A DNA stretch of 64,000 bases, taken from contig CBDAPX010000001.1 in NCBI GenBank assembly GCA_965198725.1, forward strand, positions 915,966-979,965, in the 5' to 3' direction. The notes beneath the pieces are model-generated. The model had not been told where the DNA came from. It saw only the letters and a list, made by a program, of their open reading frames with translations, and searched no databases. Position numbers and translations under genes: made by a program. Shown here one piece after another: positions 1 to 11,742 of this stretch (the stretch's first letter is position 1; each line of letters opens with the position of its first letter). Source of the DNA: Paracoccaceae bacterium. Its GTDB lineage: Bacteria; Pseudomonadota; Alphaproteobacteria; Rhodobacterales; Rhodobacteraceae.

Positions 1-1
1 C

Positions 2-253
2 AAGATGTTCAAGCACGAAGAGCGGCGGCGCCGTAAGCTGCTGGTCAGCAAACGAGAGCTTTCGGATATGTGGTCAGCGACCCAGCGCAAAGGCATGACG
101 CTTGTCCCGATGGTGATGTATTTCAATCATCGTGGTCTGGCGAAGCTGAAGATCGGGATCGCAAAAGGCAAAAAGCTGCATGACAAGCGGGAAACTCAGG
201 CCAAGCGCGACTGGAATCGCCAAAAGCAGCGTTTGATGAAAGATCACAGCTAA
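2..253 (+). CDS. smpB: SsrA-binding protein SmpB, C-terminal part (5' end outside window)
   Basis: ORF open to window edge; ...[12 protein letters not shown]...[12 protein letters not shown]...[16 protein letters not shown] matches conserved SmpB C-terminus. Confidence 0.85.
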   Translation, partial: KMFKHEERRRRKLLVSKRELSDMWSATQRKGMTLVPMVMYFNHRGLAKLKIGIAKGKKLHDKRETQAKRDWNRQKQRLMKDHS

Positions 254-327
254 GCACGACCAGCGCCTTGCCCTAAGGCAAAGCTGGATGTAGGCAGGGT
301 GAGATTTCTGGCGAGGGGACAGTTGCC

Positions 328-1179
328 ATGGATGACCCAAAAACACTGGTTTCAACCGATTGGCTTGCAGCGCATTTGAAGGACCCGGATTTGCGGGTGC
401 TGGATGCGTCATGGTATTTGCCAAGCTCCGGACGAGAAGCGAAAACCGAGTATGATGCTGCGCACATCCCCGGAGCGCGGTTTTTCGATATCGATGAGAT
501 TTCTGATCATCGCTCTGACCTGCCGCACATGGTGCCGCCGGTTGAAAAATTCATGTCCCGCATGCGGGCGATGGGCGTCGGAGACGGGCATCAGGTTGTG
601 GTCTATGACGGGGCGGGCGTCTTTTCCGCCGCGCGGGTCTGGTGGCTGTTCCGGCTGATGGGGCAAACAGACGTCGCAGTGCTCGATGGCGGATTTCCCA
701 AATGGCTGTCAGAGGGCCGCGAGGTGGAAGACCTGCCGCCAATGATACGGGATCGCCACATGACGGTTCGGGTTCAAAACCACATGGTGCGCGACGTTAC
801 TCAGGTGTCCGCCGCTGCAAAATTGCAGGATCATGAAATTGTTGATGCCCGTTCCGCCGCTCGTTTCCGCGGCGAGGTGGAAGAGCCGCGTCCCGGTTTG
901 CGCAGCGGCCATATCCCCGGGTCGCGCAATTTGCCATATACCGATGTGTTGACCGATACCGGGACGATGAAATCGCCCGAGGAATTGAAGACCGTATTCG
1001 AAGCCGCCGGCATCGACTTGTCGAAACCGGTGATTACCGCCTGCGGGTCCGGTGTCACCGCCGCGATCCTGAGCCTTGCGCTCGAACGGATCGGCAAAAC
1101 CGATCACGCGCTATATGACGGTTCGTGGACCGAATGGGGCGCATTCCCAACCCTACCTGTTGCTACTGGAGACGCGTGA
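328..1179 (+). CDS. sseA: 3-mercaptopyruvate sulfurtransferase (tandem rhodanese)
   Basis: 283 aa; WLAAHL...LDASWYLP N-terminus and active-site loop CGSGVTA typical of MST/SseA. Confidence 0.85.
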   Translation: MDDPKTLVSTDWLAAHLKDPDLRVLDASWYLPSSGREAKTEYDAAHIPGARFFDIDEISDHRSDLPHMVPPVEKFMSRMRAMGVGDGHQVVVYDGAGVFSAARVWWLFRLMGQTDVAVLDGGFPKWLSEGREVEDLPPMIRDRHMTVRVQNHMVRDVTQVSAAAKLQDHEIVDARSAARFRGEVEEPRPGLRSGHIPGSRNLPYTDVLTDTGTMKSPEELKTVFEAAGIDLSKPVITACGSGVTAAILSLALERIGKTDHALYDGSWTEWGAFPTLPVATGDA

Positions 1180-2363
1180 TGCTCGAAGCACTCACACCAC
1201 AACCCGCGGACAAAATTCTGGCCCTGATGGCCAAGTACAAAGAAGACCCGCGTGAGACCAAGATCGACCTCGGTGTGGGTGTTTACAAAAACGCCGAAGG
1301 CGTGACACCGGTCATGCGCGCCGTCAAAGCCGCCGAGCAACGCATCTGGGAAGAACAGCAAAGCAAAGCCTATACTGGCCTGGCCGGTGATCCAGCCTAT
1401 GCGGATGCCCTGATCGGGTTGGTTTTGGGCGATGCGGTGCCCCGCGGTTCTGTTGCCGCGGTCGCAACCCCGGGGGGCACCGGTGCCGTGCGTCAGGCGT
1501 TTGAACTGGTGAAAATGGCCAACCCGAACGCGCGCGTGTTCGTGTCGAACCCGACATGGCCAAACCATGTCTCGATCCTGAACTACCTCAATATCGAAAC
1601 CGTGGCGTACCGGTACTTTGATGCCGAAACCCGGGGTGTCGATTTCGGCGGGATGATCGAGGATCTCAAACAAGCGCGGGCCGGCGATGTGGTGCTTTTG
1701 CACGGCTGCTGTCACAACCCGACCGGCGCGAACCTGAACCCGGTGGAATGGCAGGCAGTGATCGATGTGATCAATGCCCAAGGCCTGATCGCGATGATCG
1801 ATATCGCCTATCAGGGCTTTGGTGATGGGCTGGAAGAAGACGCAGCCGCGACGCGCCTTGTGGCGTCGGGCGTGGCCGAGTGCCTGATCGCGGCGAGCTG
1901 TTCGAAAAACTTCGGCATCTACCGGGAACGCACCGGACTTTTGATGGCCGTGACACAGGACGGCACGCAAACCGCGCTGGCGCAAAGCACTTTGGCGTTT
2001 CTGAACCGTCAGAACTATTCCTTTCCGCCGGATCACGGCGCACGGATCGTGTCCACGATCCTGACCGACGAGGCGCTCCGCGCCGATTGGGCGGAAGAGT
2101 TGGAAGACGTGCGCCTGTCGATGCTGGATCTGCGGCAGAAACTGGCGGATGAGCTGCAACGCTTGTCAGGCTCGGACCGTTTCGCCTTTCTGGCACAGCA
2201 CCGCGGCATGTTCTCGCGCATCGGCGCGTCGCCGGAACTGGTGGAACGCTTGCGAGCCGAACATGCGGTTTACATGGTCGGTGACAGCCGGATGAACATC
2301 GCCGGGCTCAACGCCCAAACGGTGCCCATCTTGGCCAAAGCGATTGTGGACGTCGGGGCCTAA
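1179..2363 (+). CDS. class I aromatic/aspartate aminotransferase (AspC/TyrB family)
   Basis: Start chosen at ATG overlapping sseA stop (GTGATG); DLGVGVYK, HGCCHNPTG, PLP-lysine motif SCSKNFGIYRERTG. Confidence 0.85.
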   Translation: MLEALTPQPADKILALMAKYKEDPRETKIDLGVGVYKNAEGVTPVMRAVKAAEQRIWEEQQSKAYTGLAGDPAYADALIGLVLGDAVPRGSVAAVATPGGTGAVRQAFELVKMANPNARVFVSNPTWPNHVSILNYLNIETVAYRYFDAETRGVDFGGMIEDLKQARAGDVVLLHGCCHNPTGANLNPVEWQAVIDVINAQGLIAMIDIAYQGFGDGLEEDAAATRLVASGVAECLIAASCSKNFGIYRERTGLLMAVTQDGTQTALAQSTLAFLNRQNYSFPPDHGARIVSTILTDEALRADWAEELEDVRLSMLDLRQKLADELQRLSGSDRFAFLAQHRGMFSRIGASPELVERLRAEHAVYMVGDSRMNIAGLNAQTVPILAKAIVDVGA

Positions 2364-2483
2364 TTCGACCTGCATATCAAATGGTTGATGCAAAGGCCGT
2401 GCAGACGTGGCGCGGTCTCAATGCGGGCGGTTAGAGTGATCGCTCGTCTTGTTGTGTCCGTCAGAGGTAGGTGATGGTTTTGC

Positions 2484-2876
2484 CTACCCGGCAACTTGCC
2501 GATCGTAATCCGCCCCATCGAACCATCCCAAAGCACGGGTGACCTTCATGTCCTCGTCGAGTTCCCACTCTTCCCATCCTTGAACACTCAACGGATTTCC
2601 GGTTTCGGCATGATGTCCCGTGAATGTCCATAAATAGACGACGTGTGCCCCTGCACCGCGAATGCCGTCGCAGGTTAAGTGTAAGTCCGGAACGTCGGCG
2701 TGGAAACCGGCTGCCATCGCGGTCAGCCCTGCGTGACCCTCCGAAGGCTCGCCACGATTGATGATTATACTACTGCTTTCTGTGTGGAACGAAGCGACGT
2801 TCTCAGGGATCTTTGAATTCCACGCGGCGGTGTAGCGTTTTGCGAGCCCGTCCAAATCACTTTGTGAAAATGTCAT
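2484..2876 (-). CDS. SnoaL-like / NTF2-fold protein (ester cyclase-like)
   Basis: 130 aa from MTFSQSDL...; ...YTAAWNS... and overall size fit SnoaL-like fold; upstream part of the 170-aa ORF overlaps the neighbouring Lrp gene. Confidence 0.5.
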   Translation of the reverse strand: MTFSQSDLDGLAKRYTAAWNSKIPENVASFHTESSSIIINRGEPSEGHAGLTAMAAGFHADVPDLHLTCDGIRGAGAHVVYLWTFTGHHAETGNPLSVQGWEEWELDEDMKVTRALGWFDGADYDRQVAG

Positions 2877-2976
2877 GCGTTTCTCCTGACAATCTGGAAA
2901 CGGTACCTTCCTCACAGAAAGCAGGCAAGGAAGCTGGCAGCTTGGCCTTGCGGCTGCGTAGCGGATCACACCCGAA

Positions 2977-3462
2977 CTAAAGCCCATGCCCCGCAAGCGG
3001 CGGGCGTTCGGTGATTGGCTTTAAAACGATGGTCGTGCGCACCCGTGTGACTGACGGTACGGTGTTGATCTCATCGTCGATAATGCTGTTCAGCTCATCT
3101 GTTCCGGATGCCCGCACTTTCAAAAGGTAACAGTCGTCACCGGCGATTTTGTGTAGCTCTTCAAGCCCGGTCACTTTTGACAAAGCGGCGGCGGTGTCAA
3201 AGCCCTGGCTGGGCTTCTGATCCGTCACAAAGATAAAAGCCAAAAGCGGACGCCCAAGAACATGGGCGTCGAGCCGCACCTCATAGCCGCGGATCAGTCC
3301 GTCGTCCCGCAGGCGGCGCACACGTTCGGAAACCGCGGATGGGGCGAGGCCGACGCGGCGGGCGATCTCTGCTTTGGAGGTATCAGCGGCCTCTAGTAGG
3401 ATCGTCAGTATTTCTCTGTCTTTTTCGTCGATCATTCTGCGTATTTTTAATATTGACGTCAT
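2977..3462 (-). CDS. Lrp/AsnC family transcriptional regulator
   Basis: DEKDREILTILLEAADTSKAEIARRVGLAPSAVSERVRRLRDDGLIRGY = Lrp HTH, followed by a RAM-like domain; divergent from the 3499 operon. Confidence 0.85.
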   Translation of the reverse strand: MTSILKIRRMIDEKDREILTILLEAADTSKAEIARRVGLAPSAVSERVRRLRDDGLIRGYEVRLDAHVLGRPLLAFIFVTDQKPSQGFDTAAALSKVTGLEELHKIAGDDCYLLKVRASGTDELNSIIDDEINTVPSVTRVRTTIVLKPITERPPLAGHGL

Positions 3463-3498
3463 TTCATCGTTTGTGCGACGTATCTTCCGTCAATTGGA

Positions 3499-4314
3499 GT
3501 GCCCGCAACCATGCAAGAAGTCAACCTTGATCTAACTGTTCACGACGTGGACATGCGGCTGGCGATCCTGCGTCGCTCCGGTTCCAAGATGCCGCTTGTG
3601 TGCTTGCATGGGTTTGGATCTTCCAAAGAGGATTACGCCGAACTGGCGCTGCGCGAAGATTTCGCGAACCGCGACCTCATTTTGATCGATGCCCCCGGTT
3701 GAGGCGCTTCGACGGTCTCGCGCCCCGAAGCTGTGAACATGCCCTTCCGTGTCCGCACAACACTTTTGGTGCTCGATGCGTTGGAGATGCCCCGTGCACA
3801 TATGCTTGGGCATTCGTTGGGCGGGTTGACCGCGTTGATGCTTGCGCGAGAGGTGCCCGAGCGCGTGGCATCCTTCTTCGACATCGAGGGCAATGTCGCA
3901 CCTGAAGACTGTTTTTTGTCACGGCAAATCATCTCGCATCCTGCGGACACGCCGGAGTCGTTCCTTTCGGAATTTCAGGCACGGGTTCGGGCGCGACCGG
4001 AATATGGCACGGCCGTTTACGGCGCGGGTATGCGCGCAAAGGTGAACCCAGAGGTTGTTGGTCCCATCTTTCGCTCGATGGTGGCGGTTTCGGACAGCGA
4101 ACCTTTGTTGGAGCAGATGGCAGAACTGCCGTGCCCAAAGGCCTTTGTGTATGGCGTTCAAAACCGGCATTTGTCCTATTTGCCGCGCCTTGCGGCTCTG
4201 GGCATTGAGCCGGTGGAAATTGCCCACTCGGCGCACTTTCCCATGTATTCCAACCCTCCGGCATTGTGGGACGCTTTGTCGGCGTTTTTGGCTCGGGCGG
4301 AGATGGGTGAATGA
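3499..4314 (+). pseudogene. alpha/beta hydrolase interrupted by in-frame TGA (3700-3702)
   Basis: ORFs 3499-3702 and 3733-4314 share one frame; reads LHGFGSS...DAPG-TGA-GAS...GHSLGG (nucleophile elbow). The stop sits in the conserved D-x-P-G-x-G-x-S loop. Confidence 0.75.
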
Positions 4315-4928
4315 GCCTTGCATCTTACCCAACCGGGAACCTTTGCAACGCGGACCAACGGGTACGCCCGTTGCCGCCGACGATCCGACCTTTGACCGGG
4401 GGCACGCGGATCGCAGGGCCTGCGCGCACCGCGCGGGTGGCACCGGGCGAAAATGGCGGCATACATCGCGCTGTCCATCATTCGTGCCCGGGTGAGGTTT
4501 TGGTGGTCGCTGGTGGCGCGTCCGACCGGAGGGGCCACTTTGGTGACCTGCTGGCGGATGCCTGCATGGCCAAGGGTATGGTGGGTGCCGTGCTGGATTG
4601 CACTATTCGAGACCGTGCTGATATCGCCGCACTTGGCTTTCCAGTTTACGCGCGCGGTCTGCATCCAGAAGCCACGTCAAAAGCGGCACCCGGCGAGATC
4701 AACCTGGTCGTTGATATCGGAGGCACCCGCATCGCGCCGGGTGATTGGATCGTGGCAGACGAAGACGGGGCAGTGGTCGTTCCCGCAGATGCTGTGGACG
4801 ACGTGCTGGCCGCGGTGGTCCATGTTGCTGCGCGCGAAGAAGGCATTCGCAGCCGTATCCGACGCGGTGAAACCACCTGTGAGATTTTCAACATTGATCC
4901 GGGCTTGCCAGAGGAGACCCCATCATGA
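4311..4928 (+). CDS. RraA-family protein (HMG/oxaloacetate aldolase-like)
   Basis: 205 aa; ...GEVLVVAGG...GDLLA..A...G..G.V.D...RD...I..LGFPVYARG... typical RraA/demethylmenaquinone-MTase-like fold. Confidence 0.7.
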   Translation: MSLASYPTGNLCNADQRVRPLPPTIRPLTGGTRIAGPARTARVAPGENGGIHRAVHHSCPGEVLVVAGGASDRRGHFGDLLADACMAKGMVGAVLDCTIRDRADIAALGFPVYARGLHPEATSKAAPGEINLVVDIGGTRIAPGDWIVADEDGAVVVPADAVDDVLAAVVHVAAREEGIRSRIRRGETTCEIFNIDPGLPEETPS

Positions 4929-5308
4929 CGACCCCGTCCCATCCAGAGTTCCACACGATGTCTGATCTTTCCGACGGTATTGCCCGCACGCTGACCGAGG
5001 GGCTTTCGGCGCGTATCTATCCGGGCGATCAGGCGATGCTGTCTGTCGTCACGGTTGAGCCGGGCGCGCAAGGCTCCATTCATTCGCACGCGGAAGAACA
5101 AGGGGGCATGTGCCTGGAAGGGTCTGGTACACGCATCCAAGGCGGGATCGACGTACCTGTCTCCAAGGGTGATTTCTGGCGCACCCCCGGTGGGGTCGAA
5201 CACGGCTTTCGCGCGGGACCGGACGGTGCCCGGCTGTTGGACATCTTTGCGCCACCGCGCGCGGACTACCGCCAATCTGGCAGCGGCTTTGGAGATGCAG
5301 AGGCGTAG
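4925..5308 (+). CDS. cupin domain protein
   Basis: 127 aa; G.QGSIHSHAEEQ...G...V.KGDFW..PGGVEHGF matches the two cupin motifs. Confidence 0.7.
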   Translation: MTTPSHPEFHTMSDLSDGIARTLTEGLSARIYPGDQAMLSVVTVEPGAQGSIHSHAEEQGGMCLEGSGTRIQGGIDVPVSKGDFWRTPGGVEHGFRAGPDGARLLDIFAPPRADYRQSGSGFGDAEA

Positions 5309-5404
5309 TCACCTCTGGATGTAACGCGACGCGGCTTTTTTGCCCAAGGGCGCGCGGATCACGACGCGATAGACAAACCGGGATGTGATCCGCACAGTTC
5401 CACT

Positions 5405-5929
5405 ATGCGCGATTTGCCGAAACTTGCCCTTTCTGTGCGCCAGCCCTGGGCGTGGGCGATCATCGATGGCTGCAAGATCATCGAAAACCGATCCCTTGGG
5501 GCGATCCGCTCTGGTGGGATGCGGACGGGACGCATTTGTATTCACGCGGCGTCCGAGGTCAAAGAAGATGAGTTTCGCTGGGGCGTTTGGCGATTGCAGC
5601 GGCATGGCGTGACCCCGCCGCGGCCGGATGACCTGCCAAGACGCGCGATCATCGGCACCGTGGATGTGGTCGATATTATCGATCACAGTGACAGCGAGTG
5701 GTTCGGTGGCCCTTGGGGGCTTGTGCTGGAAAATCCGGTACCCATCGACCCGATCCCGGCCAAGGGGGCGTTGGGCTATTTCGAATGGGTTGCCGAAGGT
5801 GCCCTGACACCGGTCAAACCTTGGATGCGGCGCTATGACCTGGCGAATGGCGACGATCAGACCAACAGTCTTTTTCCAGAGCTAGAGCAGAGCTTTCGCG
5901 AGACGCCAACGCGGCCCCGTCGGAAATAA
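5405..5929 (+). CDS. ASCH domain protein
   Basis: LSVRQPWAWAIIDGCKIIENRS is the hallmark ASCH/PUA-like N-terminus. Confidence 0.7.
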   Translation: MRDLPKLALSVRQPWAWAIIDGCKIIENRSLGAIRSGGMRTGRICIHAASEVKEDEFRWGVWRLQRHGVTPPRPDDLPRRAIIGTVDVVDIIDHSDSEWFGGPWGLVLENPVPIDPIPAKGALGYFEWVAEGALTPVKPWMRRYDLANGDDQTNSLFPELEQSFRETPTRPRRK

Positions 5930-5934
5930 AAAAA

Positions 5935-5954
5935 CCCGGGCGCGAACGCCCGGG
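5935..5954. terminator. bidirectional hairpin between convergent ASCH gene and amtB
   Basis: CCCGGGCG-CGAA-CGCCCGGG perfect 8-bp stem preceded by an A-run (T-run on the opposite strand). Confidence 0.7.
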
Positions 5955-5983
5955 CCAGTGATTTAGGCTGATGGAAGGAGATA

Positions 5984-7294
<1,311 letters not shown>

Positions 7295-7322
7295 ATTCGG
7301 AATATCCCCTTGTCTGCGCCGC

Positions 7323-7778
<456 letters not shown>

Positions 7779-7916
7779 TTAAATTTTGTGCAAAAATATG
7801 AAAATGCACAAACAATAGTCATTCTGAAAACACGACTTACAAGTGCAGAGAACGCTCAACAATTGCAAGGTTAGGCGTTATTCTGTCGGAAATACATAAG
7901 CCGGGCAGGGCAAAGA

Positions 7917-10127
7917 ATGAGTGATTCATCGCGACGCAGGCCGCGACTTGTGGCGGATAAAAGATATTCTTCGAAACCGTCATCCGGCAAAAAGCCCGGG
8001 GCGGGCAACAAGGCATCGCGCTCAAAATCCAAGACGACAAAAACCAAACGCAAAGCAACTGCCAAATCGACGCGGCGCAAAGCAACGTCCGCGCCCCCGA
8101 AAGGGATATTCGGACGGATCGGTTATGCAGTGCGGCGCGCGGTTGGCTTCCTCTTGGGTCTGGTCTGGGCCTTAACGTGGCGTGTGGGTGCGGTGATCGT
8201 CGGTATCATCGCCTTGTCTGTTTTCTATATCCAGACGACCTTGCCGGATGCAGAGACCGTTCTGGACGGCCGTGCGCGCGGGTCCGTCACAATGCTGGAC
8301 CGCGAAGGGCAAGTGTTCGCGTGGCGCGGTGACCAGTTTGGCGGCGTTGTGACGACGGAAACGGTATCGCCTGACCTTAAGAACGCCATTGTCGCGACAG
8401 AGGACAAACGGTTCTATCGCCATTTCGGTGTCAGCCCCCGCGGTGTGGCCGGTGCGGTTCGGATCAACTTGCGAGAGGGGCGCGGCCCGCTTTCCGGTCA
8501 TGGCGGCTCGACGATCACCCAGCAGACGGCCAAGCTTTTGTGTTTGGGCGAACCGTTTGATGCAGCCTCGGGTATGACCGAGGCGGAATACGAGGCCCTG
8601 TGCCGCGCGGGGACACTTTGGCGCAAAGCCAAGGAAGCCGTTTATGCGATGGCGATGGAGGTCAAGTATTCCAAGGACGAAATCCTGACGATCTACATGA
8701 ACCGGGCCTTCTTGGGCGCCGGTGCGCGCGGTTTCGAAGCGGCCAGCCAACGCTATTTTGGCAAGTCGGCTGCAGATGTGTCCGCTGCCGAAGCTGCCAT
8801 GTTGGCGGGTTTGTTGGTGGCGCCAACCCGATATGCACCGACCAATAACCTGACCCGGTCACAGGACCGCGCGGCCGTCATCGTGCGCCTGATGGAAGAG
8901 CAAGGTTATTTGACACAAGCCGAAGCACAGCGCGCGCGACAGGAGCCGGCGGTCTTGTCCGAAGCGGCAGCAGCCCGGGCGGGTGGGTATTTTGCCGATT
9001 GGGTCATGTCGAGCGGACCGGAGTTTTTAACCCGCAACACGACCGAGGACGTGATCATTCGCACCACGCTGGATCAGCGGCTGCAACGCGCAGCAGAAGA
9101 AGCGCTGTTCTGGGTTTTTGACAACAAGGTTCGCGAAGGCTCTAAGGCGCAAGCGGCAATCGTTGTGATGTCGGCCGATGGCGCCGTGCGCGCCATGGTG
9201 GGCGGGCGCAAGACCCAAGTCAGCGGGGCGTTCAACCGTGCGACCCAGGCGCTGCGCCAAACCGGTTCGGCCTTTAAACCCTTTGTCTATGCAGCGTCAC
9301 TCGATCTGGGCAACTCTCCTTACGATCTCATACTTGATGCCGAATACTGCCTCAACATCGCGGGGTCGGGCCGATGGTGCCCGACGAATTACACCAACAA
9401 ATTCTATGGCGAAGTGACGATGACCCGCGCCTTGCGCGACTCGCTCAACATTCCGGCGGTCAAGGTTTCTGAAGCCGTCGGTCGGGATTTTGTGCGTCAG
9501 GTCGCGTCGGATTTTGGTATTGAAAGCGATCTGGCCCTTGGTCCGGCGCTGGCATTGGGAGCATCGGAAAGCACCCTGATTGAAATGACTGGGGCCTATG
9601 CCGGTATTCTGAACGGGGGATCTTCGGTCGCGCCATATGGGCTGATCGACCTGACCCTGCTGGGCGACGACGCACCGGTCATGGGGATCGACGGCGGCAT
9701 CCGAGAGCGCGTGATCTCTGAGACTGCAGCAGGACAGTTGATCTGGATGATGGAAAAAGTCGTCTCGGAAGGCACCGGAAAGCGCGCCGCATTGCCGGAT
9801 CGGCAAGCGGCAGGGAAAACCAGTACAACACAAGCAGCCCGAGACGCATGGTTTGTGGGGTTCACGGCAGATTATATTGCCGGCGTCTGGATGGGATACG
9901 ATGACAACACCCCGCTGACCGGTGTTACGGGCAGCGGACTACCGGCCGAAATCTGGCGCGAAACCATGGTGCGCGTGCACGAAGGCGTGCCGGTCAAACC
10001 CTTGCCTATGGTCATACCGGAACCGCCGCGCGCGGTGGCACGGCAACAACAGCCCAGACGCTCTCAAAACAATCTGGGCGACATCGTCGACAGCGTATTG
10101 CGCGATATCTTTGGCGGGTCGCGGTGA
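7917..10127 (+). CDS. class A penicillin-binding protein (glycosyltransferase + transpeptidase)
   Basis: 736 aa; basic N-tail + TM; GT51 motif EDKRFYRHFGVS, RITQQ-like TITQQ; transpeptidase SAFKP (SxxK) and KTST. Confidence 0.9.
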   Translation: MSDSSRRRPRLVADKRYSSKPSSGKKPGAGNKASRSKSKTTKTKRKATAKSTRRKATSAPPKGIFGRIGYAVRRAVGFLLGLVWALTWRVGAVIVGIIALSVFYIQTTLPDAETVLDGRARGSVTMLDREGQVFAWRGDQFGGVVTTETVSPDLKNAIVATEDKRFYRHFGVSPRGVAGAVRINLREGRGPLSGHGGSTITQQTAKLLCLGEPFDAASGMTEAEYEALCRAGTLWRKAKEAVYAMAMEVKYSKDEILTIYMNRAFLGAGARGFEAASQRYFGKSAADVSAAEAAMLAGLLVAPTRYAPTNNLTRSQDRAAVIVRLMEEQGYLTQAEAQRARQEPAVLSEAAAARAGGYFADWVMSSGPEFLTRNTTEDVIIRTTLDQRLQRAAEEALFWVFDNKVREGSKAQAAIVVMSADGAVRAMVGGRKTQVSGAFNRATQALRQTGSAFKPFVYAASLDLGNSPYDLILDAEYCLNIAGSGRWCPTNYTNKFYGEVTMTRALRDSLNIPAVKVSEAVGRDFVRQVASDFGIESDLALGPALALGASESTLIEMTGAYAGILNGGSSVAPYGLIDLTLLGDDAPVMGIDGGIRERVISETAAGQLIWMMEKVVSEGTGKRAALPDRQAAGKTSTTQAARDAWFVGFTADYIAGVWMGYDDNTPLTGVTGSGLPAEIWRETMVRVHEGVPVKPLPMVIPEPPRAVARQQQPRRSQNNLGDIVDSVLRDIFGGSR

Positions 10128-10739
10128 TCAGCCCAGTTTGGGCAGATCACGCGTCAACTGATCCAGGTTTCCGCCCCGTTGATCGAGCAGGGCGCCGATT
10201 TCGGTCCGCTCGGTCAGCAACAAGTTCACACCTTCGATGAACATGTTGAAGAACAGGTCTTTGCCAGAGCGCCCGGACACAAGGAACGAAACCGCAAACG
10301 GCGACTGACCGCGCAGATAGGCTGTGGCGTTCACTTCGTAGCCAGACTTGATCTGCCGTGCCGAGGTTACCTCGATCCGGCCGCCAATGAATTCTCGGAA
10401 CCGGCGTCCATATTTCCGGGCGATGTATCCTTGAAACGCCTTGGTGAAGCTTCGCAGTTGCACGTTTGACGCGCTGCGTGCATCTGCGCCAAGCGCGTAC
10501 CGCGCCATGATCGCAACATCCGCATACTGCACAAATATCCGTTCAAAGTCGCGGATCATGGCGTTTTCCGACTTACCGGATGCGATCACCTTGTTGATGT
10601 CGTCGACCAGCGAATTCACCAACGACTTGGCGCCGGCTTCTGTCAGAGCCCAAAGCGGAGAGGCAAGCCAAGCGGGCGCCAATGCGGCAGCACCTGCACC
10701 CAACAAGAAAAAGCGGCGGCTGGAAAAACTAGTTGGCAT
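10128..10739 (-). CDS. MlaC/Ttg2D-family phospholipid-binding periplasmic protein
   Basis: Start at MPTSFSSRRFFLLGAGAA (Tat-like signal); ...MARYALG...FTKAFQGYIARKYG...FNMFIEGVNLLLTER typical MlaC. Confidence 0.75.
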   Translation of the reverse strand: MPTSFSSRRFFLLGAGAAALAPAWLASPLWALTEAGAKSLVNSLVDDINKVIASGKSENAMIRDFERIFVQYADVAIMARYALGADARSASNVQLRSFTKAFQGYIARKYGRRFREFIGGRIEVTSARQIKSGYEVNATAYLRGQSPFAVSFLVSGRSGKDLFFNMFIEGVNLLLTERTEIGALLDQRGGNLDQLTRDLPKLG

Positions 10740-11586
10740 AGGGGTCCTCGTAGGGGTCAAACGAGCTTGCGACGTCACTCGGCACCGCGTCGGGCGCGCC
10801 AAAAGGATCATCGTAAGGATCAAGATAGAGGTCAATGTAGCCGTCTGCGCCGGAACCACCCAATTCAAATCTACGTGCTTGCAGATAAATCAGGCGCGCT
10901 TGGGCATAGCTGTCGGCACTTTCATACAGAATGGAATCGATCGTGTCCGAAAACCGGCCCCGTTCCGTCAACGCTTCGAGCCCTTCAGCATAAATACCAA
11001 TGTTGTCGAGCGGGTTCTGTGGTGCAAGCGTAAGTGGGTTGGTGAAGAAGTCTACGAAGACGCCGACCGCATCGCGTTGGGTGGATGGGCCGAAGATCGG
11101 CAACTCGACATATGCACCTTCTGGCACGCCCCAAACATGCAAGGTTTCGCCGAAATCCGTATCGGTGCGCGGAATGCTGAACTCTGTGGCAGGATCAAAC
11201 AGACCCAAGAAGCCAAAGACGGTATTAAATGCAAACCTGCCAAGCGAAATGCTGGCCTCGCCGATCTTGCCTTGTGCCAGATAGTTCACCGCATCGCCGG
11301 GTTCAGACAGATTGGCTGAAAAGTTAAGGACCATGTCCTCTATTGGATCCGGAACCACCTTGGTAAAGCTGGTCGAAGCAGGACGATAGAGCAGCCTGTC
11401 CACTTCTCTGTTGAATTCGTGGACGCTGCGGTTGTTGTCTTCGAACGGATCAAAGACGCCGTCTGACGAAACTTCGCCCGGCTCCGGCGTACTGCATCCG
11501 GCAACCAAGAGTACCAATGCCAATGCAGAAAACTGGAACTTTTCTTTTGTTTGTCTTGTCATTGGCCGTTCGACTTTGGATAACAT
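10729..11586 (-). CDS. mlaA: MlaA/VacJ family lipoprotein
   Basis: Lipobox LLVAGC; DPFE..NR..H.FN...D........P...Y...P......V.NF..NL.EP family pattern. Start may be the internal ATG at 11562. Confidence 0.8.
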   Translation of the reverse strand: MLSKVERPMTRQTKEKFQFSALALVLLVAGCSTPEPGEVSSDGVFDPFEDNNRSVHEFNREVDRLLYRPASTSFTKVVPDPIEDMVLNFSANLSEPGDAVNYLAQGKIGEASISLGRFAFNTVFGFLGLFDPATEFSIPRTDTDFGETLHVWGVPEGAYVELPIFGPSTQRDAVGVFVDFFTNPLTLAPQNPLDNIGIYAEGLEALTERGRFSDTIDSILYESADSYAQARLIYLQARRFELGGSGADGYIDLYLDPYDDPFGAPDAVPSDVASSFDPYEDPYAN

Positions 11587-11742
11587 TTTATAACTTGACC
11601 ATTCCTCTACGCCTCATTGTTTGACGCTATGCGGTCACAATGGCGAGACATAGTGTTGCCGTTGCGGTTTTGAAACAAGAGGAGCGTGATTTCCCTCAAA
11701 AAATTCAGTAGTGAATAAATCCTTCATAACTTCGATTACACC

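Noticed and set aside
1104-2159. 351-aa ORF on the minus strand opposite the aminotransferase gene
   Set aside because: Arg/Gly/His-rich unnatural composition. It lies fully antisense to a gene with clear family motifs, a typical high-GC shadow ORF.
3700-3735. Selenocysteine decoding of the in-frame TGA in the hydrolase
   Set aside because: Only a short 6-bp stem follows. Sec is not known at this loop of alpha/beta hydrolases, and no sel genes are visible in the window. A nonsense mutation or sequencing error is more parsimonious.
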